Source of the DNA: Camelus ferus | Taxonomy: Eukaryota | Assembly (NCBI RefSeq): GCF_009834535.1 | Contig: NC_045696.1 | Location: forward strand, 116,686,001-116,750,000 | Length of the DNA: 64,000 nucleotides | Direction of reading: 5' to 3' | Shown here: piece by piece, positions 52,060 to 64,000 of the stretch | How positions within the stretch are numbered: the stretch's first letter is position 1 | How the letters are laid out: each line of letters begins with the position of its first letter | Position numbers and translations under genes: made by a program | Notes under the pieces: generated by a model | What the model was told of the DNA's origin: nothing | What the model saw: the letters and a program-made list of their open reading frames with translations, nothing else | The model's database searches: none

Positions 52060-55000
52060 GTCTACACAGGGGGTGCTCCCACCAGAGGCCACTCCTTCAA
52101 GACCGGAGAGGTAGCTATTTCACTTAATTCACAGAAACAAGCACTGAAGGTGAAACAAAATGAGGAGACAGAGGAGTATGTTCTAAATGAAAGAACAAAA
52201 TAAAACCTCAGAAAACCCTAATGAAATGGAGATAAGTAATCTACCTGATAAACAGTTCAAATAAATGGACATAAGGATGCTCGCCAAACTCAGGAGAAAA
52301 ATGAGAACAGTGAGAACTTCAACAAAGACTTAGAAAATATAAGAACCAAGCAGAACTGAAGAATATAATAACTGAAATGAAAAATACACTAGAGAGAATC
52401 AACAGCAGATAGGATTGTACAGAAGAACAGGCAAGCAGCCTAGAAGATAGAATAGTGGAAATCACTCAATCAGGACACCAAAAAGAAGAAAGTATTTAAA
52501 AAAATCCAGTATTTAAGGGGCCTTTGAGACAACATCAAGGGTATTAATATTTACATTATAAGAGTCTCAGAAGGAGAAGAAAAAGAAAAAGGGAACAGAA
52601 AACTTATTTGAAGAAATAATGGATGAAAACTTCCCTAATATGTGAAAGGAAACATATCCAGGTCCAGGAAGCACAGAAAGTTTCAAACAAGATGAATTCA
52701 CAGAGATCCATACCAAGATATGTTATAATTAAAGTGGCAAAAGTTACAGACAAAGAGAGAATTTCAAAGCAGCAAGAGAAATGCAACTGAACACATATAA
52801 GGACCCCTCTCCTCAACTGCCCTGTAGAATATCTGCTGATTTTTCAGCAGAAACTTTACAGGCCAGAAGGGAGTGGCATGATACGTTTAAAGTTTTCAAA
52901 GGAAAAACTTACAACCTAGAGTACTCTATCTGGTAAGCTTTTCACTCAGAATTGAAGAAGAAATAGTTTTCAGACAAGCAAAAACTAAAGGAGATCTCTA
53001 CCTTTAAGCTGACCTTATAAGAAATATTAAAGGGTCTTCTTCAAGTGGAAGAGAGAAGACAACAACAACAAAAAAGAGAAGATGACAACTAGAAATAAGA
53101 AAATATATGAAAGAAACAAATCTCACTAGTAAAGACAGACAGTAAAGGCAGTGGATCAGCCACTTAAAAAGCTAATATGAAGGTTAAAAAACAAAATTAG
53201 TACAATCACCAATAACTACAATTATTAGTTAAGGGAAATACAAAAAAAATAAAACTTGGTGGGGAGGAATAACAATGTAGTGCTTATAAAATATCTTCAA
53301 ACTTCAGCAACTATCAGGTCAAAATAGGTGGCTGCATATACAGGTCAATATATATGAAACTCATGGTAACCACAAACCAAAAACCCACAATAAATACATA
53401 AAAAATCAAACGAAAGGGATCCAAACATAATAATAAAGAAATCTATCAAACCACAAGGGAATAAAGTAAGAGGAGACAGGAACAGAGAATAATTACAAAA
53501 CCAAGCATAAAGCAATTAACAAAATGGCAATAAGCATATACCCACCAAAATTACTATGAATTTAATTACTTTAATTATATAAGCTAGCTGAGTGGATAAA
53601 ACAACAAGATCCATCCATATGCTGCCTACCAGAGATTCACCTCAGATCTAGACACAAACACAGACTGAAAGTGAAGGGATGGAGAAAGATAGTTCATGCA
53701 AATGGAAAAGAAAAGAAAGCTGGGGTAGCAATACTCATATCAGACAGACTTTCAAACAAAGACTGTACCAAAGACAAAGGCATTACATAATGATTAAGGA
53801 GTCTATCCAACCAGAAGATATAACATTTGTAAAACATTTATGCACCCAACATAGGAGCACCTAAATATGTAAAGCAAACATTAACAGAAATAAAGGGAGA
53901 AACTGACAGAAATACAATAATATCCCACTTACATCATGATCATGAAGACAGAGAATCAATAAGGAAACAACGGCCTTAAGTAGCACATTAGCTCTGATGC
54001 AGTTAACACATCTATACAGAATATTCCATCTAAAAGCACAGAATACACATATTTTTCAAGTGCACATGCAACATCTCCAGGACAGATCACATGTTAGACC
54101 ACAAAACATCTCCATAAATTTAAGAAGACTAAAATCATATCAAAGATCTTTCCTGACCGTAATAGTATGAAACTAAAAATCAACTATAAAAAGAAAACTG
54201 AAAAAAATCCACAAACATGTAAAGACTAAACAACACGTTACTAAACAATCAATGAGTAATGAAGAAATCAAAGAAGAAATTAAAAAATACCTTGAGACAA
54301 AAAGGAAACACAACTTTCCAAATTCTACATGATGCAGCAAAAGCAGTTCTAAGAGGGAAGTTTATAGCAAGAAAGGCCTACATAAAAAAAAAAAAGAAAG
54401 AAAGAAAAGAAAAAAAATTCAAGTGAACAACCTAAAGGTGCATTTAAAGGAACTAGAAAAAGAAAAACAAGTGATGTCCAAAGTTAGTAGAAGAAAGGAA
54501 ACAGTAAAAATCAGAGTGAAAATCAATGAAATAGAAACAAACAAAAAAAATTAGCAAAGATTAATGAAACTAAGAACTACTTCTATGAAAAGACAAACAA
54601 AATTGACATTTAGCCAGACTCATCAAGAAAATAAAAAGAGCTCAAATAAATAAAATCTGAAATGAAAGAGGAGAAATTACAACTGATACCACAGAAATAC
54701 TAAGGATCGTAAGAAAACATTATTAACAATTATAAGCAAACAAATAAAACAACCCAGATACATGGATAAATTCCTAGAAACATAGTCTTCCAAGACTGAA
54801 TCAGGAAGAACTGGAAAATTCAGACAGACCAATTACTAGTAACAAAATTGAATCAGTAATGAAGAAAACTTCCAAAAACCAAAAGTCCAGGTTCAGATGG
54901 CTTCACTGGTAAAATCAAACAAACATTTAAAGAAGATTTAATACCTATTCTTCTCAAATTATTACAAAAAATTGAAAGGAAAGGAATGCTTCCCAACTCA

Positions 55001-57645
55001 TTCTACAAGGCCAGCATTACATTAGTACCAAAACCAGACAAAGAAAACACACAAAAATTACAGCTTAATATCATCCCTGATGAATATAGAAGTAAAAATC
55101 ATCAACAAAATATTAATAAATGGAATTCAACAATGCACTAAAAAGATCACATATCATGATCAATGGGATTCATTCCAGTGATGCAAGGATGGTTCAACAT
55201 TTGCAAATTGATCAATGTGATTCATCACGTTAACAAAACAAGAAATAAAAATCATGTGATCAACTCAATAGATAGAGGGAAAAAATGACACAATTCTACA
55301 TGCATTTATGGTAAATACTTTTGAAAAAATGGGCATCGAGGGAATGTATCTCAACATAATAAAGGCCATATATGGCAAACCCACAGCTAACATCATACTC
55401 AACGATGAAAAGCTGAAAGCTTTCTCTCTAAAATAAAGAACAAGACAAAGATGCCCACTCTCATCTCTTTCGTTCAACATAGTGTTAGAGGTCGCAGCTA
55501 TAGCAATTAGGCAAGGAAAAGAAAAAAGCCAAACAAATTAAAGAGGAAAAAGTAAAACTGTCACTATTTACAGCTAGTATGATCCTATAAATAGAAAATC
55601 CTCAAAACACTATTAGAACTAATAAATGAACTTAGTAAAGCTGCAGGATATAAAATTAATATATATAAATCTATTGCATTTCTATATACTAATAACAAAC
55701 TATCAGAAAGAGAAATAAAGAAAACAATCCCATTTATAATTGAATCAAAAAGACTAAAATATTTAGGAATAAATTTAACCAAGCAGGTAAAAGACCTGTA
55801 TTCTAAAAACTATAAGACACTGAGGAAAGAAACTGAAGATGACACAAACAAATGGAAAACTATACTGTGCTCATGAATTGGAAGAATCAATATTGTTAAA
55901 GTGTTCATACTACCTAAAGCAATCTTCAGATTCAATGCAATCCCAACAGAACACCAATGGCATTTTCCACAAAACTAGAACAAATAACCCTAAGATTTTT
56001 ATGGAACCACAGAAGACTCCAAATAACCAAAGGAATTTTGAGAAAGAAGAACAAAGCTGGAGGTATCATGCTCCCACACTTGAAACTGCTACAAAGCTGG
56101 TAATCAAAGAGTATAGTACCTGGTAATCAAAACCTGGCACAAAAACAGAGATCAATGGAATGGAATAGAGAAGCTTAGAAATAAACCCACCTCATACAGT
56201 CCGTTGATCTATGACAAAGGAAGCAAGACTATACAATGGGGAAAGACAGTCTCTTTAATACACAATGTTGGGAAAACTGGACAGCTATGTGCAAGGGAAT
56301 GAAACTGGACTACTTTCTTATACCATATACAAAAATAAACTCAGAATGGACTAAAGATTTCAATGTAAGACCTGATTCATAATACTCCTAGAGGAAAACA
56401 TAGGCAGTAAGTTTGATATTGGTCTCCATAATAGTCTTTTGGATGTCTCTTCAGGTAAAGGAGACAAAAGCAAAAATAAACAAATGGGACTACATCCTAC
56501 TAATAAGCTTTTTACACAGTGAAGAAAACTACCAAAAAAACAAGAGGCAACCTACTAAATGGGAGGAGGTATTTGTAAATGATATTATTTAATAAAGGAT
56601 TGATACCAAAATATATAAAGAACTCATACAACTCACTATCAAAAAACCCAAACAACCCAATTAAAAAATAGGCAGAGGACCTATAAACAGACATTTTTCT
56701 AAAGAAGACATACAGATGGCCAACAGGTACATGAAAAGATGCTCAACATCAATAATCATCAGGGAAAAGCAAATAAAAACCACAGGAAGTTATCACCTCA
56801 CACCTGTAAGAAGGTGTGATCTTCATCAAAAGATTTGATGGTGTAACCATCATCAAAAAGGCAACAAATAACAGATGCTGGTGAGGATGTGGAGAAAAGG
56901 GAACTCTCATGCACTGTTGGTGGAAATATAAATTAGTGTAGCCACTACAGAAAACAGTATGGAAGTTCCTCAAAAGAGTTAAAATAGAAATATCATACAA
57001 TCTATCAATTCTACTTCTGAGTATTTATCTGAAGAAAATGAAAACCCTAATTTGAAAAGATGTATGTACCCCTATGTTCACTGCAGCACTAGTTCCATAA
57101 TTAAGACGTGGAGATAATCTAAGTGTCCACTGATATGTGAATGGATAAAGAACATGTGTTATATTATACAATGAAATATTACTCAGCCATAAAAATGATA
57201 AGATCCTGACGTCTGCAGCAGCATGGATGAACCTGGAGGGTATTATGGTAAGTGAAGTAAGTCAGACAGAGAAAAACATGTACCATATACTCACTTATAT
57301 GTGGAATCTAAAAAACAAAACAAAAGAACAAACAAAACAGAAACAGACTATTAGATACAGAGAACAAAGTGGTGGATCCCAGAGGGGAGAAGGTTGGGGG
57401 TTGAATGAAATAGGTGAAGAGGATTAAGAGGTACAAATTTCCAGCTACGAAATATAAATAAGTCACAGGGATGTAACATACACAAAGGGTATATAGTCAA
57501 CGACGTCGTAACAACTAGGTATGGTGCTGGATGGTAACTGGATTTATTGTGGTGATCATAGTATCTAAAGATACTGAACCACTATGTTGTACATCTTAAT
57601 CTAATATAACATTGTTTGTTAATTATAATTCAATGTAAAGAAAAA
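52060..57645 (+). mobile_element. Near full-length decayed LINE-1 (about 5.6 kb), antisense to KCNH8
   Basis: ORF1 remnant from about 52160, ORF2 remnant from ATG at 53524 with EN, RT and C-terminal regions in order, 3'UTR and A-rich end; many stops and frameshifts. Confidence 0.93.
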
Positions 57646-59629
57646 GAATAGAGGCAGGGAGGACCACTGTATCACTTGTCATTTGTCATCATCAGAGAGA
57701 GGTGTTTCAGCAGCTGCACACACACATACACACACCTGCAACTCCCACAGGCTGGTGAGGGCAAGCTGACTCTTCTGTTAGTGTGAAACTTTTACATTTA
57801 ATTATGTTTAATATATACAATTTATTTAATGCATACTATCACCCTGGGACGTTTTTCATTAATTATGTTTCTAAATGTCAAGACTCTAGAGTATTCAGTT
57901 TTGTAACTACACTAATCATGGGTGTGTGCAGAGACAGTGTGTGCTGGTGGGGGAATTGGGGTATTGGGATGAATGCTGGGGTTCGGAGTGGCTATGGGTC
58001 AGCACCGGGCTCCCTTGTCTGTGTTCAGGAAACTTCTCTGAACTTCGGTGTACCCTCTTGTAGAGATGGGAGTTCAAAGATCTTCACCTTGAGGCCACTG
58101 ACCATCAGGAGCCCGGGAAGGTCTCTCTCCCTTTACTAAAGATGGGAGAGACTGAAGGAGGAGACTTTATTTTTTCATGCTGATCAGGTTATATGAAAAA
58201 CAGTGGAAAAAATGAAGGAAAAAATGAGGTAACCAACACATTTAAAATTGAATAGGTTTCGAGTAACCCCTAGTAAGGTAAAACTGGAGAATTGATCATC
58301 TTTTTTCAACAACCATTGTCATTTGCTGCTTCACAACCACACCAGCAAGTCAGTGCCTACCACGTGCCAAACACAGGCGATACATCTACCAGTACCTGGT
58401 CTTCAGTGTGTTCGTGTTATTAATTTTTTGAAACAGATTATTTTACGTATTCGTCAATCACTCCCACAAATTCAAAATTCTTACATTAAGGCATGCTAAA
58501 TTTCACAGCCAACAACTAGTTTGTGCTAAAATCAGTTTTATAGGCTTTACCACGAGAAGCCGGGAAGCAAATTTCTCATAATCTCCATAGACAGAAGTAG
58601 CTACATTAATCTGTGTCTTTACTGGGGTCATCCAGGAAATATAAATAAGGGCAAACACAGAAAATACGCTGAGTGCATAAAACGCATAATTAGCATGAGG
58701 TCGGAACAGTGCTAGCTGCCCTTTCCATAGACTTGGAAAATATTTTCTACATCTTAATTAATTTTCCTATGAGAACTGGATGGGGCACCATTCTAAAGTC
58801 ACATCATTTATCACCGTCCTAGAGTCATACCTCACTTCAACATGCACGTATCCTCTAAATTTTGACTATTTCTTAAGATGCTTTTTTTGTTCTTTATTTC
58901 AAAACGGGTTGACGATCAGTCTTCTCGTCACCCAGGTGTTCTGGTACCTCTGTTACCTGATAGTTTATGAGTGACTTGGTATAAAGGGTGATATCGAGAA
59001 GGCGAAATCAGAAAGACACAGGCAATCAAAGAGAGATCAGCAGTATGTGTCAGCAACGATGGGGGATTTGGGGATGAAGGGAAAGGATGAAGAGAGGGGA
59101 GGAGAGAGATGAGAGAGATGATAAAGGCCTGGACAACATGGCAGAGAGGCCACAGAACAGGATTTGCAGCGAAGTTGCATTCATGTGGTTTGCATTTCCA
59201 TTGTGCAAATGTTCCTCCTTCCAGAGCCCCGTGACCAGCCTTCCACAAAGGCTTCAACCTGTCAGAAACCCTGTGTGATTGGGTATTTTTGCTTGCGTGT
59301 GGGTGGAAATTAAGGAAAGGGGCTGGGTTCCACATTAGTCTGACACCAGGGCAGAGTTTCAGAGCAGAGAGCAGGAATCCACTAAATGTCAGAATATAAG
59401 CTTCCTCTAAAGTCATAATATCCTCAGAAACAGCACAAGACTTCTCCCCTCCGAGTATAAAACTATGGGTAACAGTGATTCAAATTTGCTTAGTCTTTAG
59501 AAGGCACAGCATCCCAGGATCTTAGAGATATATGTACATAGAAGCTTTGAGTGACAGAAGATCAGGAAATACAGAACAACTGCCCTTATAAATGTAGCTC
59601 AGGAGCCCTCTGTAAAGAAACAGCACTTT

Positions 59630-60560
59630 TAGTTCCAGCCATAATGAAATACTTATATTGAACTGATACTCCAGTAAAAAATACATAGACAAAATACAAA
59701 AAATAACTGTTTGAGAGCATTGGAGAGCAAAGTAAGACTCAAAGGGCTGTCATCCCTGGCGGGTGGGGGGGGGGGAGCACAGCAGTGTGGGCACCACGTT
59801 TATCCACATATTTTTTCCCCAGGGCATCAGCTGTTTCATTGTGAGGGGGACTCGTTGTTGAATGAAAGGAGTCTTACTGGCGGAGGAGACGGAGGAGGAC
59901 GTTCAGGTGCTCCAAACCATCTGGGATTTGAGGAGTCAGTCCCAGAGAAGAGGTTAACTGCATCAATGTGGCCCTTGACCATTAGCCAGCTCCTAACTTG
60001 ACACACACAGGGCAGTGCTCCAAGAAACTCAGACGGAAACAGCCGCTGAAAGGCTGAATGGTGGAGCAGAGATTCCAGCAGCCATGTATGCGGTGCTAAG
60101 GAGATGGAGGCTGTGAATTTCGGGTTCACCATATAGGAGGAGCCTTGGCAGACATCTCAGAATTTTAGCTGAGCTCCTGAAAAAGCATGGCTTATGAGTG
60201 AGGGCTACACCACCAGAGTAAGGGCAGAACTGAAACAGATCAGCCTAACAAGGCCAAAGAGGGACTGTGGACAGGATGAAGGTGACTTGCTGGTACTTGA
60301 CCTACCCGCCAAAAGAAAATATAACCCTATTTGGACGAAAATAATACAGACACTTTTTCCTCAGCAACATCTACATTTAAACAAAATCATGACATCTGCT
60401 AAGAAAACGGGACCAAATGACCAACCCCCCCCCCAAAAACCCCAACAAAAACAAACCAAAAAACCCCAAAAGAAATAACAGAATGAAAACAGTCCCACAG
60501 GCAATTCAGATATTGGAGTTTTAAAATCAGTGTGATTAATGCTGTAGCAAAGAGAAAAAG
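59630..60560 (+). mobile_element. Probable ancient L1M 5' region
   Basis: Resemblance only (ttccagccataatg...gacaaaatac...; cagatattggagtt). Confidence 0.4.
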
Positions 60561-61640
60561 AGGATCAAAAATCGGCTAAAGATAAGGACCTTAAATGTAA
60601 TCAAATGAAAAGAAAGTAGGGGTCGCGTTCTAACATTGTCCACTTGTCCATGCTAAGGAATGTTGGCTATTTCTCTCTGCCCTCCTTTCTTTTTCCTTTT
60701 TTTGGTTGCTTCCATCCTATTCAAAAACAGTTGTCACAATAGGCTGTCATGGGGAACATAAAAGGCACCTATTGTCTTAAAACCTGATCTACTGGAAGGA
60801 CTGACAAGAAAAGAGTCTTCAAGAAGAGGCAACGTAACTCGTAGCGTACAGAGTTTAAAATGACATGTTACCTGTGCCCATTCTGTGTTCCCGCCACTTA
60901 CAAGTTTGTGTGATCACACACATATTTCGTTAACCATTCTGCATCTGGTTTCATCCCATAAAAACTGATCGACACTTACCTTAAATAGTCATTTTACGCA
61001 TTAAAGGGGATGTTTCAGATGGTCAGAGTACTTAGCACAAATAGATTCGTAATAATATTGATACTTCCTTTGCTGTTTGCTGTTGTCAGTGGAGAGAAGA
61101 GCACATTCAAAACTGGTAATCTTGAACTTCAGAAAGGGGTACCATCTATGTGCTGACTGTCATTTGATAAACTCAACCAAGATGAGGGAATACACAATTT
61201 GGATTCTGTCTTTCAAAGCGGAGAATACTGATGACAAACAAAATGTCTGCCCACTATGGGTTCATCAAAACCAGAGCTTCTCAGACCCCCAGGGGAAAAA
61301 CTGACTATGGCAAATACCTTGGACAAAGCTGAAGGCAGCAGATCAAGGTTTCTGTTGATACAGACTGCTATGCCTACATGCTCTGGCTTGCCTTTCAACA
61401 ATCATTCCTATTAGACCATTTGTCTCTCTGACACATCTAATGAAGTCATGTTCACGAGCAGCTTAATCACAGGATGCAGTAAAGGACATATTTGACAGGG
61501 ACGCTGTTTGTATAAACTGAAACAGGCAGCAAATATATAATTTCATAAAATGTTCATTATGCTTTCAGTGTGCCAGTCTTTGGCTTGAATGTTTTCATGC
61601 ATATTTAGTCATTTTAAGATAGACTGCTTTGGGAATCGGT

Positions 61641-61670
61641 TAACAACAACAACAACAACAACAACAACAA
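61641..61670. repeat. (AAC)n microsatellite
   Basis: About nine consecutive aac units. Confidence 0.95.
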
Positions 61671-62072
61671 AAGATATTCTTAAGCAAGATGCATGCCAAG
61701 CAGTGGAGTAGTGAACAATTACAGACAGCAAATTCTGAACCACATACTCTACCTGGAAATCTTTAAATTCAGGAGAAATCACACATCTCTAGCTAAATAT
61801 TATATGTCACTGAAATTGATTCTGGTTGTAAGCACAGGAAAATAAACAAGAAAGAAACTGAGTTAAAAGAAGTCACCCATAAATAATACTTTTCTAAAAT
61901 GTTGATAACAAAACCCAGGTTTGACTTCTAGATAATTATCTAATTGCTCAGCTAGCTGCTGGACAGTCAGATGCTATCTGTTCAGAGACTTTTTGAAGTG
62001 AGGTCATGACAGGTGCCTTTCCTGATATAAATGATCTCCAGGCACTGCCCGTGTGTTTAGGTCGCTGCGCTA

Positions 62073-62336
<264 letters not shown>

Positions 62337-62430
62337 TTAGAAGCAAGCTGAGGACTAGTAACTTCATTTGATTTACAGGCTTCACTTCTCTGAAATGACA
62401 CTGAAAGAGAAGACGTGCCTTTCTCTGGGG

Positions 62431-62626
62431 CAGGGTTTCTCAGCCTCAGCATTGTTGAGATTTGGGACCCGATATTTCTTTGTTGTGTTGGAGGGGTGTT
62501 CTGTACAGGGTAGAATGTCCAGCAGCACTGCACATCCCCCCACCCCCAGAGGTGACAACCAAAAATACCTGCAGGCATTGCCAACTGTCCCTTGGCAGGC
62601 AAAATTGTCCTCAGTTGAGAAAACTG
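62431..62626. mobile_element. MER20 hAT-Charlie relic
   Basis: cagggtttctcagcctcagca...gtgacaaccaaaaat...gttgagaaaactg; flanks ctctgggg/gtctagag fit an NTCTAGAN target. Confidence 0.85.
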
Positions 62627-64000
62627 GTCTAGAGAACAAAGCCCAGGAGCCCTAGAGCTAGGAGCTGTAGGTCACAGGTGAGACCCTGACAGGTCCCTCA
62701 CAGGACTCAGTAAATGACTTGAGACAAAGCAGTCGACATTTTAAAAAAAAATCACAGTTGCTTTAACCATTAAGGGAAATAATAACGGCTTGGTTTTTCT
62801 GACTGTAAAAATGCTCCGTGATTCTGAGGTGAGACCATCAGGAGATGTACTAAAATTTTGATTCTAGCACTTTGGACAATAATACAAGCATCACCTTAGC
62901 TTTCTAATATACTCAGGTTGTTTTATTTCTCTCTCAATATGTCTACAAGGCAGGAGGGTGGTGTGGGAGGAGGAAGCTGAGAGGCAGAGGTAGCCATTGG
63001 GCATGAAGGACAATGGAGGTTACTACATAAAAAGGCAAAACACATGTCATAGTTTTAATGCCCTGTGACAGCGTAAAATCCCATTTTCTCCAGTAAAAAA
63101 AAAAAGAAACAAAACATAAAAGCTCTGAGCTCATCACTCAGGCCACTGCAAGAAGAGAGGACGTTATCATTACTTCATTCAAGTTATCTGTGCTGCACCC
63201 CACAGACAGTGCCCTCTGATATTTCATCTGTAACTCCTCTGCCTTTCAGTCTTTGGTTGGAATTCACCTGCCTGGGAATAGCTCACTTCTTTGAGTCTGC
63301 TGATTAGATAATATTGGACAACTACTGAAATCTTTAAAATCTTAAAATTGGTTTGAATCAGTTTCACTTAGCAGGAAGTTGCACATCACTGGAAGTGTTA
63401 ACAAAAAAACTGATGGCAGCTTGGGTTATATTTTAGACAGAGCCATTAATTCACTCGGTGTCCATGAGAGAAATCCAAAAGAAAATCTACTCAGTTCTCA
63501 AACTGAGGTGAAAAGCTGAGGTAATCTGACCAAGTTCATAAAGGACACTGGCGTTAGATTTAAGGACACAACTTAAGCATTTCTGCTTTGTCTTCAAATG
63601 TTGTTCTGCCTTGGGTTTAACTTATTTTTTTTAATGGTCACTCTGCTCTATTTCATAGGGAACTAACAGCCAACAGTTGGCCCACCCAAAACTAACAAAC
63701 AATTTCTTCGGAATGTTATAGAACAAACTGTCCCCGGCCAACCTTAATCCAATAACATTTTTTAACTTCTAAATTTTTATTTTTTATTGTGCTCAGAATT
63801 TCTAGAAACAAAGTCTCTGGCATGAAGCAGGCTTCAATGAAAGTCAATTTTATTATATTTGACAGTAAAAGGAGACATGCCAAATTAATCATGAATACCT
63901 GAGCTTTTCAGAAATACTTCTGGCAAATCAAAAAATTGTAAATTATTGACTTATTTCTAGGTATTATCTTTGAATTAATATTGAATTTAAACCTCGAAAT

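Noticed and set aside
52060..57645. Active L1 or domesticated reverse transcriptase
   Set aside because: Both ORFs are broken by many stops and frameshifts; the longest ORF in the track here is under 100 aa.
58928..59416. 162-aa minus-strand ORF as an extra KCNH8 exon
   Set aside because: No similarity to KCNH proteins, and the flanking exons already join in frame without it.

Overview
Eukaryotic, mammalian genomic DNA, almost entirely intronic. Five coding exons of the voltage-gated K+ channel gene KCNH8 (Kv12.1/ELK1) lie on the minus strand: 62091-62305, 34233-34271, 29491-29849, 27181-27287 and 24680-24756. They have canonical AG/GT ends and splice in frame from the cyclic-nucleotide-binding homology domain into the C-terminal tail. 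Numbering them exons 11-15 follows my recollection of the human gene. The terminal exon is not in the window. The introns are filled with L1, L2, MIR, DNA-transposon relics, solo LTRs and six tRNA-derived SINEs of the Vic-1 type, which points to a camelid. I found no credible novel multi-gene system. The best leads concern RNA processing: (1) a 38-bp tandem duplication that builds a second 3' splice site with an immediate stop in front of the 39-nt exon; (2) an inverted LTR pair bracketing exons 12-13, one copy of which places an AATAAA in the KCNH8 sense direction; (3) inverted L1 3' ends around an in-frame 582-nt exon block; (4) repeated retroposon insertion at the same target site. Repeat family names come from recognising sequence by eye and need RepeatMasker/Dfam confirmation; repeat boundaries are approximate unless a TSD is cited.
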